From: a virus
Length of the DNA stretch: 64,000 nucleotides
Direction: 5' to 3' (one strand)
IMG/VR virus record: IMGVR_UViG_3300046804_003518
Coordinates: 96,001-160,000 of that record
Positions 55,920 to 63,693 of this stretch are shown here, piece by piece (within the stretch, counting starts at the first letter, position 1; every line of letters starts with the position of its first letter). A program made the translations under genes and the position numbers. The notes beneath the pieces were generated by a model, which saw only the letters and a program-made list of their open reading frames with translations, did no database searches and had not been told where the DNA came from.

Positions 55920-56690
55920 ATGGCATGTACAATATTAGTAATGGGCTTACCAGGCTCTGGTAAAACCACATTTGCAGAAAAGCTGGCAGCGCTACTCGGC
56001 GATAATGTTGATTGGTATAATGCTGACAAAGTAAGACAGCTTCATAACGATTGGGACTTCTCGCCAGAAGGTAGAATGCGTCAAGCAAAAAGAATGAAGG
56101 ATCTTGCTACAGCATCTAATAAACAAGGTCGTTATGCTATTTGTGATTTTGTATGTCCAACATATGAAACCCAGTCATTGTTTGCCAGCGATATTATTAT
56201 CTGGATGGATACAATCAAAGAAGGTAGATTTGAAGATACTAATAAGATCTTCCAAAGACCACAAGAGTTCATGTTCTGGATCGATAGCTGGGACTATGAA
56301 GATGAGCTTCTTGATATTGCCTATATGATTGTAAGTGAGCATTTTGATTGGACAAAGCCAACTGTTCAGATGATGGGCCGCTATCAGCCATTCCATGATG
56401 GTCATAAGGCTTTGTTTGAAGAGGCTCTAAAGAAGACTGGTCAGGTTGCTATCTTTATCAGGAAGATGCCTGAGGACGAAAAAAATCCATTTGGTCATAG
56501 AGAAACAGAAACTTATATCTTAAAGAAGTTGTCAAACTATCTTGGTAAGTTTCAAATTGTTTGGGTACCTAACATTGTTGACATTTCCTATGGACGTGAT
56601 GTAGGATATACTATTAGTAAGATTGAATTACCCGAAGACATTCAGGCCATCTCAGCAACAAAGATCAGGAAAGAGATGGGAATTGGTTAA
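55920..56690 (+). CDS. Adenylylsulfate-kinase-like domain fused to an HxGH nucleotidyltransferase domain
   Basis: GLPGSGKTT, NADKVR, DFSPEGR.RQ, CDFVCP; GRYQPFHDGH, ISATKIR. Confidence 0.78.
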   Translation: MACTILVMGLPGSGKTTFAEKLAALLGDNVDWYNADKVRQLHNDWDFSPEGRMRQAKRMKDLATASNKQGRYAICDFVCPTYETQSLFASDIIIWMDTIKEGRFEDTNKIFQRPQEFMFWIDSWDYEDELLDIAYMIVSEHFDWTKPTVQMMGRYQPFHDGHKALFEEALKKTGQVAIFIRKMPEDEKNPFGHRETETYILKKLSNYLGKFQIVWVPNIVDISYGRDVGYTISKIELPEDIQAISATKIRKEMGIG

Positions 56691-56781
56691 TAGTTTTTAA
56701 CTATTGAGGTAACAGAAACTATGCATTGAATAAACTGTTAAATTTTGATACACTTTAAATACATATATGAGGTAATACATT

Positions 56782-57084
56782 ATGAAAAAGACAGTTTTAA
56801 GTCGGCATGTAGAATGGCCAAGTAAGAATGGTAATGTTGCTATTTGTAATATGACAGATAGTCACATTAAGTTTACGATTAACAATCTTTACTTCTACGC
56901 TGAAGATAGAACAGGTTATGGTATAGATGGCATGGATACAAATGTTAGCTATACTGGTTTTACTATTCGTGAGTGGATTCACGCACTTCAGCGTGAGCAG
57001 AAACAAAGAAAAAGGGAAGTCAAAAAGGCTCGCTCAATCCAGCGAGGATTGGCTGCCAGCAAAAAAAGAAGGAGCTTTAAATGA
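56782..57084 (+). CDS. Hypothetical protein
   Basis: GAGGT RBS; WPSKNG...MTDSHI. Confidence 0.6.
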   Translation: MKKTVLSRHVEWPSKNGNVAICNMTDSHIKFTINNLYFYAEDRTGYGIDGMDTNVSYTGFTIREWIHALQREQKQRKREVKKARSIQRGLAASKKRRSFK

Positions 57085-57656
57085 AAACAGTAGGTGATAA
57101 GTTAAATCCGTTTGTAATTACGGGCGTCAAGCCTGGTGCTTTGGTACCAGAAGGTGCTTTTGAAGATATTACAGAAAAGTCTTTCGAAGGTAAGTGGAAG
57201 GTAATTGTTTACTATCCAAAGGACTTCACATTCGTTTGCCCAACAGAGATTGTGGCTTACGATAAGCTAAATAAAGACTTCGCTGATAGAGATGCAGTTC
57301 TTCTAATTGGTTCTACAGACAATGAGTTCTGTAAGCTAGCATGGAAGAATGCACATGAGGGCTTGAAGAAGACAACTTCTTGGTTCTTTGCTGACACGAA
57401 GCGTGAACCAGCTGACTATGGTGTAGAAAACCTAAGTCTTGTTTCAGACCTTGGCGTGTTCTTTAACCCAGCGGGTGCAGCTCTCAGAGCAACATTTATT
57501 GTTGATCCTGAGAACGTAATTCAGCATGTTACAGTTAACAGCTTAGCTGTTGGCCGTAATGCTGATGAAACGCTTCGCATTCTTGATGCATTGCAGACTG
57601 GTGAGCTTTGCCAGTGTAATCGTCAAGTAGGCGAGGCAACATTAAACGCGGCCTAA
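57081..57656 (+). CDS. ahpC: Alkyl hydroperoxide reductase C (2-Cys peroxiredoxin)
   Basis: YYPKDFTFVCPTE, RATFIVDP, VGRNADE.LRILDALQTGELC. Confidence 0.95.
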   Translation: MKTVGDKLNPFVITGVKPGALVPEGAFEDITEKSFEGKWKVIVYYPKDFTFVCPTEIVAYDKLNKDFADRDAVLLIGSTDNEFCKLAWKNAHEGLKKTTSWFFADTKREPADYGVENLSLVSDLGVFFNPAGAALRATFIVDPENVIQHVTVNSLAVGRNADETLRILDALQTGELCQCNRQVGEATLNAA

Positions 57657-57805
57657 TGGAAGCAGAAGCAAAACTTCCATTCAGAGAAGTCATTTGGCAC
57701 TTCTTGTGCTCCCAGTGTAAGCTCTGGTGGAGTTTTGCTACTGACGACAATTGGAAACCAAAGACATGGTATTGCCCACATTGTGGACATAAAAAAGAAA
57801 TATGA
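57656..57805 (+). CDS. Small Zn-ribbon protein (49 aa, below ORF-track cutoff)
   Basis: WHFLCSQCKLWW...WYCPHCG; TAATG and ATGA couplings on both sides. Confidence 0.7.
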   Translation: MEAEAKLPFREVIWHFLCSQCKLWWSFATDDNWKPKTWYCPHCGHKKEI

Positions 57806-58197
57806 TTGAATGTTTAATTTTAGGTGACAGTATTGCTGTGGGCACAGGGTTGTATCGTCCCGAGTGTAAGGTGTTAGTTCAACAGGGCATAACTAGTAAA
57901 GGCTGGAATATGTCTAATGTTAAGTCAACATTGGACGCAAATACTGTCATTATTAGTTTAGGTAGCAATGACTATGCTCAAATTGATTCTTTAGAAGAAC
58001 TGACTAAGTTACGGAAAAGAATTCATGCTGAAAAGGTATATTGGATTATGCCTGCTATCAAACCTGTTGTACAAGACATTATTGAAAACATTGCTCACGA
58101 AAACGGTGATTGGATAATCCAAATACCATATCTTTCTAATGACGGTGTGCATCCAACGATGCAAGGTTATAGGAAAATAGCAGAAATTACAAAATGA
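57802..58197 (+). CDS. SGNH/GDSL hydrolase-like protein
   Basis: ILGDSIAVG, ISLGSND, DGVHPT. Confidence 0.8.
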   Translation: MIECLILGDSIAVGTGLYRPECKVLVQQGITSKGWNMSNVKSTLDANTVIISLGSNDYAQIDSLEELTKLRKRIHAEKVYWIMPAIKPVVQDIIENIAHENGDWIIQIPYLSNDGVHPTMQGYRKIAEITK

Positions 58198-58301
58198 AGA
58201 ACGGTCTCGAGTTTATAAAAGAGTGGGGTTTACTTTTTGTTCCTTTTATAGTTCTAGGCATATTTTGGTTGTTTATACATTATACAAACTTACTTTACTA
58301 G
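58194..58301 (+). CDS. Small single-TM peptide (35 aa)
   Basis: MKNGLEFIKEWGLLFVPFIVLGIFWLFIHY; ATGA overlap. Confidence 0.5.
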   Translation: MKNGLEFIKEWGLLFVPFIVLGIFWLFIHYTNLLY

Positions 58302-58312
58302 AGGAAACACAA

Positions 58313-58561
58313 ATGAAGAAATTAATTCTCGCTCTTGCTCTCGCATCAACACCAGCATTGGCAGTTGACCGAGTCGCACAATATGACTTTGACAAGGATG
58401 GCAAAGTTTCTTTTGAAGAAGTTGGCCGTGTTTGCAACATTTCAAAGTCACTCTTTGAAAAAGCAGATAAGAACGGTGATGGCTTTTTAAGCAATGCAGA
58501 AATGAGTATAGCAAGACGTTACATTTTTGATCGTTGCAGGAATACAACAAAGGCTGCTTAA
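58313..58561 (+). CDS. Secreted EF-hand protein
   Basis: GAGG RBS; signal peptide; DFDKDGKVSFEE and DKNGDGFLSNAE. Confidence 0.8.
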   Translation: MKKLILALALASTPALAVDRVAQYDFDKDGKVSFEEVGRVCNISKSLFEKADKNGDGFLSNAEMSIARRYIFDRCRNTTKAA

Positions 58562-58562
58562 T

Positions 58563-59072
58563 ATGAACCTAGTTGATGAAATAAAGAAATCTATTGCAAG
58601 CTACGCAAAGGATGCAAGTCTTAATCTAGATAACGTCATCAACCGTAGTACACTTGATGAGGTCACTGTCAAGGGAGTGGCTTTGGCCTCAGCTTTTGCT
58701 GCCGGTAACATGGATCTTGTTAATATTATTAAGCCATATCTACTAGAAGAGGATCGCCAAGCTGCTCTAACAGCTGCTTCTCTCATGGCTATGAATAATG
58801 TTTGGTATCCATACGTTGAGATGACTGGGGACTCAGCACTAAGGGGTCTACCAGCTCAGCTTCGTATGAATGCGTATGCTAATCATGGTGGCACAACAAA
58901 GGCTAAGTTTGAATCTTATGCCCTCGCTGCTTCCATTGTTGGTAAGTGTCACTTCTGCGTAAAGTCACATTATGACACATTGCAAAAGGAAGGGTTGACC
59001 GTTGAACAACTTCGTGATATTGGTCGCATTGCAGCAGTTGTTACTGCTGTTGCTAGGGCTATGACTGCATAA
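58563..59072 (+). CDS. ahpD: Alkylhydroperoxidase AhpD (CMD family)
   Basis: MAMNNVWYPY, LRMNAYANHGG, ALAASIVGKCHFCVKSH. Confidence 0.88.
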   Translation: MNLVDEIKKSIASYAKDASLNLDNVINRSTLDEVTVKGVALASAFAAGNMDLVNIIKPYLLEEDRQAALTAASLMAMNNVWYPYVEMTGDSALRGLPAQLRMNAYANHGGTTKAKFESYALAASIVGKCHFCVKSHYDTLQKEGLTVEQLRDIGRIAAVVTAVARAMTA

Positions 59073-59081
59073 TTCACGCTG

Positions 59082-59110
59082 TTGACTTGACCATTTGAAT
59101 ACTGTATAAT
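59082..59110 (+). promoter_or_regulatory. sigma70-type promoter (upstream of small ORF and tmRNA)
   Basis: TTGACT-N17-TATAAT. Confidence 0.8.
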
Positions 59111-59142
59111 CATAAATATTTGGTAATGTAGAGGTTGAACAA

Positions 59143-59307
59143 ATGGATCTTCCGATCACTTTAGATGAACTTAGAACAGTTGTTGTTGCACTTCAAGCTG
59201 CTAACCAACAGGAACTCGCAGACAGGCTCAAGCTCGTCTGCCTCTTGGTTGAAGAAGGAAAGCCATACAAGAAGATCTTGAGAGAAGAGTATGGAATGGT
59301 TGCCTGA
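59143..59307 (+). CDS. Small hypothetical protein (54 aa)
   Basis: GAGGT RBS; MDLPITLDELRTVVVAL... Confidence 0.6.
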   Translation: MDLPITLDELRTVVVALQAANQQELADRLKLVCLLVEEGKPYKKILREEYGMVA

Positions 59308-59369
59308 TTGGTACTGGCTTCTTGGTATTAGTATTTGGTGCAACTACATTTATAGGTTCATTAAAAATT

Positions 59370-59655
59370 AATGGTAGTAAACTGACGACTAAAGGTGTTC
59401 TGGACGGGGTTTCAATACCCCCATCTCCACCAAATTTAACGTGTGTGTCACACTTTACCAGAGTTGACGACTCTGGCACGGACTACGGGGATGACAGGTT
59501 TCGACAGGGCAAGTAATAAACCGACGGCTACCAGTGAGGCGACTGACTTAATCAGCGCAAACAAAGTAAACGCAAACGATGATGTTTACAACATGGCTCT
59601 AGCTGCCTAAGGCACTAGATTACCAGAGTTGACCGCTTGGTAACAGAAAGGTCGG
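59370..59655 (+). ncRNA. ssrA: Circularly permuted (two-piece) tmRNA
   Basis: Acceptor piece: T-arm GGGGT-TTCAAT-ACCCC and CATCTCC-A-CCA ending at 59432. Coding piece starts GGGGATG at 59487, giving the G3.U70 alanine pair. Tag GCA AAC GAT...GCT GCC TAA = ANDDVYNMALAA (59572-59610). P2-type pairings CAGGGCA/TGTTCTG and GCTACCA/TGGTAGT. Outer boundaries approximate. Confidence 0.9.
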
Positions 59656-59683
59656 AGGCGGCAGCTTTCGCTGCCGCCTTTTT
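59656..59683 (+). terminator. Rho-independent terminator
   Basis: AGGCGGCAGC-TTTC-GCTGCCGCCT followed by TTTT. Confidence 0.85.
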
Positions 59684-59712
59684 CTTCCAACTGCATAAAT
59701 GGAGGTAACAAC

Positions 59713-60339
59713 ATGAAAGCAGTAGAAATATTTAATCGCATTGAAGCATACTTTGATAGAAACCATAATCTGTTCATTAAGTTTGGTGGTCTTTTTGCAG
59801 CATTGTTCTTTTTCTTATATGTGCCATTTGCAATGCACTTTCAAACAATGCATAGACTCGAAGCTGAGCAGGAACGAAATGTTTATCTGCTATCCCAAAT
59901 GGAGGATATGAACCATCGCATGGAGTTCCTTGAGCTTTCTTTTGACAAGAAGCAAAAGGTTATGCGAGAGGTTGAATGTCTTGCCAAAAACATTTATTAT
60001 GAAGCTGGTTCAGAGCCTCGTAATGGTAAACTTGCAGTTGCTCAAGTAACAATGAATAGAGTTAAGAGTAACGAATTCCCAAGATCTGTTTGCGGTGTTG
60101 TTTACCAAAAATCAAAGGGCGTTTGCCAATTCTCTTGGGTGTGTGAAAAAGACCTCCATCCTCGTTATGGTAAAGAGTGGAAGGAATCCTTGAAGATTGC
60201 TGAAAGTATCTTGATTAACAAGAAGTCGTATAACGTCGTTGGTACTGCAAAATATTTCCACGCAACCTATGTTGACCCAGCTTGGTCAAATACAAAGAAC
60301 ATGGTTGCACAAATTGGTAACCACATCTTCTATCACTAG
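59713..60339 (+). CDS. Cell-wall hydrolase, SleB/Hydrolase_2 family, with N-terminal TM
   Basis: CLAKNIYYEAGSEP..GKLAVAQVTMNRV, CQFSWVC, YFHATYV.P.W, IGNHIFY. Confidence 0.9.
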   Translation: MKAVEIFNRIEAYFDRNHNLFIKFGGLFAALFFFLYVPFAMHFQTMHRLEAEQERNVYLLSQMEDMNHRMEFLELSFDKKQKVMREVECLAKNIYYEAGSEPRNGKLAVAQVTMNRVKSNEFPRSVCGVVYQKSKGVCQFSWVCEKDLHPRYGKEWKESLKIAESILINKKSYNVVGTAKYFHATYVDPAWSNTKNMVAQIGNHIFYH

Positions 60340-60397
60340 TTGTCTTTCTATTGTTATCATGTGATACTACTACTGTAGTTTTGTTATGAGGTGACTT

Positions 60398-60595
60398 ATG
60401 TCCGAAGGTGATTTTGAAGTGATGCCGCGAGGCACAATGGAAGAAATTAAGGCTCTAAGAGCTTTTGCTAAGTCTATCATTGATCTAGATGGTAAGTATG
60501 GAATCAATACTCCTCAAGTTCTTAGAGAGGAGATTCATAAGATCCATACGTTCTATGTTAGCCACGTTGAACGGTATCCCTCCAATGGACTCTGA
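60398..60595 (+). CDS. Hypothetical protein
   Basis: GAGGT RBS; ORF track. Confidence 0.6.
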   Translation: MSEGDFEVMPRGTMEEIKALRAFAKSIIDLDGKYGINTPQVLREEIHKIHTFYVSHVERYPSNGL

Positions 60596-60836
60596 TGAAT
60601 CTATCCTCTATGTGTTAGAGCACGATATCGCCGACACTGCTAACTTGTTAGATGCTGGCCACGATGTTAATGTAATCTGTGCAGCCAAGCTTCGGAACGT
60701 CTTAATGATCTATAAGACAACTTTGTCAGATAGTGATTTCAAAAACATGATGGAATATGTTATGTCAGCCCTTGATGATGTTCCTAATCTCAAGGACTAT
60801 GCTAAACAGATCAATTCTAAATTGGGAATGCACTAA
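60585..60836 (+). CDS. Hypothetical protein
   Basis: ORF track; TAATG coupling to purA. Confidence 0.55.
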   Translation: MDSDESILYVLEHDIADTANLLDAGHDVNVICAAKLRNVLMIYKTTLSDSDFKNMMEYVMSALDDVPNLKDYAKQINSKLGMH

Positions 60837-61825
60837 TGGTTAATTTTTGTGATGCCGTAGTAGACCTCCAGTCAGGTGATACTGGGAAAGGTAAGGTTAC
60901 TCATTCTTTACTAAGTAGTGGAGAGTACGACCTAGTTCTCCGATATAATGGTGGCTCGAATGCTGGACATACTATCTACCACAATGGTGAGAAGATTGTC
61001 ACACATCAAGTGCCAGCTGGAGTTCTCTACGGCATCCGATCTTTGATTGGTCTTGGTTGTGTTGTTAATGTTAGAAAGCTCGAGGATGAGATTCGATACC
61101 TTAACGACAAAGGCTTTAAGACGGATGGTTTGTTATATGTTGACAAGAGAGCTCATGTTGTTATGCAAGAGCATCTTGATGAAGATAATAATGATACAGC
61201 GATTGGCACAACTAAGCAAGGAATAGGCCCAGCCTATAGAGACAAATATGAGCGAACTGGTACTCGGATTGGTGATATGTGCTCTGGCAATTTCTACTTT
61301 AATATCATTGACAGTCTGGATATTCTTTCTGGCGCTAATGTACTCGCTGAAGGTGCTCAGGGTTTTAGTTTGGATATTGATTGGGGCGACTATCCTTACG
61401 TTACTAGCTCCCATTGTACTATTGGTTCTGTTATTTTAAACGGCGTATCACCAAGAAAGATTAAAAAGGTCTATGGTGTCGCAAAGGCGTATGAGACTTA
61501 TGTTGGAACAAAAGACTTCGGAATGGATTGTGGAGAGCTCGAAAGGATCCAGGAGCTTGGGCAAGAATTTGGAGCAACCACTGGTCGTCCTAGAAAGTGT
61601 AATTGGATTAATCTTGATAACCTTGCTTATGCTGCAAGAGTTAATGATATTAGCCACTTGATTGTTAATAAAATTGATATTTTAGATCAAGTTAATGTAT
61701 ACAAATATATTAGGCAAAACAAAAAATATGATGCAGGCAGTCGTCTTGGATTAATCGATGCGATCGTCAATGCATTACCAAATAATGTTAGAGTAGTGTT
61801 TTCAGATACGCCACATTCGATATAA
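60836..61825 (+). CDS. purA: Adenylosuccinate synthetase (short form)
   Basis: GDTGKGK, RYNGGSNAGHT, IGTTKQGIGPAY.DK, EGAQG..LDID.G.YPYVTSS, GATTGRPRKC. Confidence 0.9.
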   Translation: MVNFCDAVVDLQSGDTGKGKVTHSLLSSGEYDLVLRYNGGSNAGHTIYHNGEKIVTHQVPAGVLYGIRSLIGLGCVVNVRKLEDEIRYLNDKGFKTDGLLYVDKRAHVVMQEHLDEDNNDTAIGTTKQGIGPAYRDKYERTGTRIGDMCSGNFYFNIIDSLDILSGANVLAEGAQGFSLDIDWGDYPYVTSSHCTIGSVILNGVSPRKIKKVYGVAKAYETYVGTKDFGMDCGELERIQELGQEFGATTGRPRKCNWINLDNLAYAARVNDISHLIVNKIDILDQVNVYKYIRQNKKYDAGSRLGLIDAIVNALPNNVRVVFSDTPHSI

Positions 61826-61828
61826 ATA
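61821..61828 (+). promoter_or_regulatory. T4-type late promoter
   Basis: TATAAATA. Confidence 0.65.
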
Positions 61829-61852
61829 TCTCTGCTATTGCAGGAGATAGAA

Positions 61853-62074
61853 ATGGAAAGTTTAGTGTTAGTTGTGCTATACATTTTAGCCTCGGGTGAT
61901 GCTAAAGAATATACTAACTTTCGCTATAGTAAAGAATGGGAATCTTACAAAAGAGAATGTGAAAAGGAAATACCAAAATACTATTCCAACATGCAAAGTC
62001 CTAGATATCGTGATATGCAGAAGAACAAGTGTGCTCGCAACAAGTCCCGCAAATATCAGGAAACTCAAATATGA
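61853..62074 (+). CDS. Small secreted/membrane hypothetical protein
   Basis: AGGAG RBS; hydrophobic N-terminus. Confidence 0.5.
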   Translation: MESLVLVVLYILASGDAKEYTNFRYSKEWESYKRECEKEIPKYYSNMQSPRYRDMQKNKCARNKSRKYQETQI

Positions 62075-62478
62075 AAAAGTTAGCCCTTTTATGTCTATTA
62101 GTTTTAACCCCTATGGCTTATGCTGACCAGGAAGATGAAAAAATTCTTGGTGCTATTGCTGGAGGTTACCTTGGGTCCACTATCGGAGGCGGTGACGGCA
62201 AAAAGGCAGCAACAGTATTAGGAGCAATCATAGGATATAGAGTTGGTCCCCAGGTATTGGGTAGCAATCAAGGATACACTTACGGATACCAGGATAGACG
62301 ATGGAGACAGCCAAGATATAGACAAGCAGACATATACAAAATTTGTGACCATAGAAACCCATATACAAGGGATTCGAGATTATATTGGTCATACAATAGG
62401 GGATGTGTTCAGCGTCTAAGCGATGAAATGAGAGAACTGGAGCAACAAGCATATGAACAGGGTTACCAAGGACAATGA
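62071..62478 (+). CDS. Secreted glycine-zipper (2TM) protein
   Basis: Signal peptide; GAIAGGYLGSTIGGGDGKKAATVLGAIIG. Confidence 0.8.
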   Translation: MKKLALLCLLVLTPMAYADQEDEKILGAIAGGYLGSTIGGGDGKKAATVLGAIIGYRVGPQVLGSNQGYTYGYQDRRWRQPRYRQADIYKICDHRNPYTRDSRLYWSYNRGCVQRLSDEMRELEQQAYEQGYQGQ

Positions 62479-62641
62479 TGTTGAACTGTACGCCAAACTT
62501 ATTCAGAAACTCGATGTCCCAGCTGATAGAAAAGCAGCGACACCACTGAATGCAAGATGGTTCATAAGAACAGGGTACGTTCAAAACAGAAACAATCCAA
62601 TGGCGGATCAAGTATTGGATCTAGCCAGAAAGCTCGCCTAG
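62453..62641 (+). CDS. Hypothetical protein
   Basis: ORF track. Confidence 0.45.
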   Translation: MNRVTKDNDVELYAKLIQKLDVPADRKAATPLNARWFIRTGYVQNRNNPMADQVLDLARKLA

Positions 62642-62652
62642 GGAGTAATATC

Positions 62653-62865
62653 ATGTATAGCGAAAGTGTATTGAAGACTCGTCCACGAATCAATTTTGAT
62701 CCCTCTAATAAGGATCATGTTCAGGATTATGCTAATTTTATAAAGCATTCTAATTGGAAAACAGGATGCAAATATTTGCTTGAACAACCATTTCAAGACA
62801 TCCCTACAATGATCAACTACAAATTAATTAGACATTTTCTCACACCCTATATGAAGAAGGACTAA
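62653..62865 (+). CDS. Hypothetical protein
   Basis: GGAG RBS; RPRINFDPSNKDH...F.LEQPF.DIPTM. Confidence 0.6.
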   Translation: MYSESVLKTRPRINFDPSNKDHVQDYANFIKHSNWKTGCKYLLEQPFQDIPTMINYKLIRHFLTPYMKKD

Positions 62866-62901
62866 ATATATCATTGGTTATTTCTTCAGTAGGATTTGAA
62901 A

Positions 62902-63693
62902 ATGAATAAATTAGAAGAGTATGTTTTGAGATATCAGGGCATTCATCATGGAACTGATCAGTTCCTCGCCCTAGATGGTAAGTTGCATTCTAATGAGCAA
63001 GATCCAAGTAACGGTAAAGTACTATTTGATGGGTCTCAGCTAGGTAAAAAGTTTCCAACATACATTCAACATTTTATTAACTCTAAAAATAGGGCAGTAA
63101 CATTGTTGGATTATGGTTGTGGTAAGGCTATCCACACGTATATACCATTGCCTATTCATGGCAACAAAACATTACTCGGTAGATTCAATGGCATGATTCA
63201 ATGCTATTATTCTTATGACCCAGCTGTCAAACACTACTCTATCAAACCACCATCGGGTATGGTATTTGATGTTACTTGTTGTGCTGATGTAATGGAGCAT
63301 ATTCCTGAAGAGTTTGTTCCAGAAATTCTAACAGAGATTGGTAACTATACCAAGGATGATGGCGCCATGATATTTTCTATATCTGGTAACCCAGCTAAAA
63401 AAATGTTTAAGGATGGTGAGAATCTCCATGCCACAATCAAATCATTGGAGTGGTGGATTGAGGCAATACAGAAGTATTGTGGTGATAAGTCGTTTGTATT
63501 AATTTACAATGATGACTCGAAAATGATTCCGGCAACAGGGGCCCCACCAAAGGTTGACAACAAAGGTGTCGTAAAACAAACAATCTGTAATACATTAATT
63601 AGATACTACAACTCTCCAGCTCTTAATATTTGGGAGCAGAGTTTTGTGCAGAATGCTTATTACGCTAGCTGTAATGTTGAGGAAGTGAAGTGA
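62902..63693 (+). CDS. Class I SAM-dependent methyltransferase-like protein
   Basis: LLDYGCGKA, YDPAV, FDVTCCADVMEHIPEE, ENLHATIK..EWW. Confidence 0.8.
   Translation: MNKLEEYVLRYQGIHHGTDQFLALDGKLHSNEQDPSNGKVLFDGSQLGKKFPTYIQHFINSKNRAVTLLDYGCGKAIHTYIPLPIHGNKTLLGRFNGMIQCYYSYDPAVKHYSIKPPSGMVFDVTCCADVMEHIPEEFVPEILTEIGNYTKDDGAMIFSISGNPAKKMFKDGENLHATIKSLEWWIEAIQKYCGDKSFVLIYNDDSKMIPATGAPPKVDNKGVVKQTICNTLIRYYNSPALNIWEQSFVQNAYYASCNVEEVK

Noticed and set aside
58194-58561. Single 112-aa ORF as given in the track, or a frameshifted gene
   Set aside because: It is better explained as a 35-aa TM peptide (58194-58301) followed by an RBS-led secreted EF-hand protein from 58313.
59401-59432. Stand-alone tRNA-Ala
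   Set aside because: There is no D-arm or anticodon arm upstream; the T-arm and CCA belong to the permuted tmRNA. No other tRNA genes were recognised by eye.
60836-61825. Possible PurZ (2-aminoadenine Z-genome) because the P-loop reads GDTGKG with Thr
   Set aside because: The catalytic Asp is kept (PurZ has Ser, GSTGKG), the GATTGRPR loop is PurA-like, and no dATPase or MazZ partner is adjacent. A phylogeny with PurZ would settle it.
308-62611. Minus-strand ORFs in the track (e.g. 2994-3584, 15676-16143, 20477-20980, 40711-41166, 43213-43701)
   Set aside because: All are antisense shadows of well-supported + strand genes and lack RBS or recognisable motifs.
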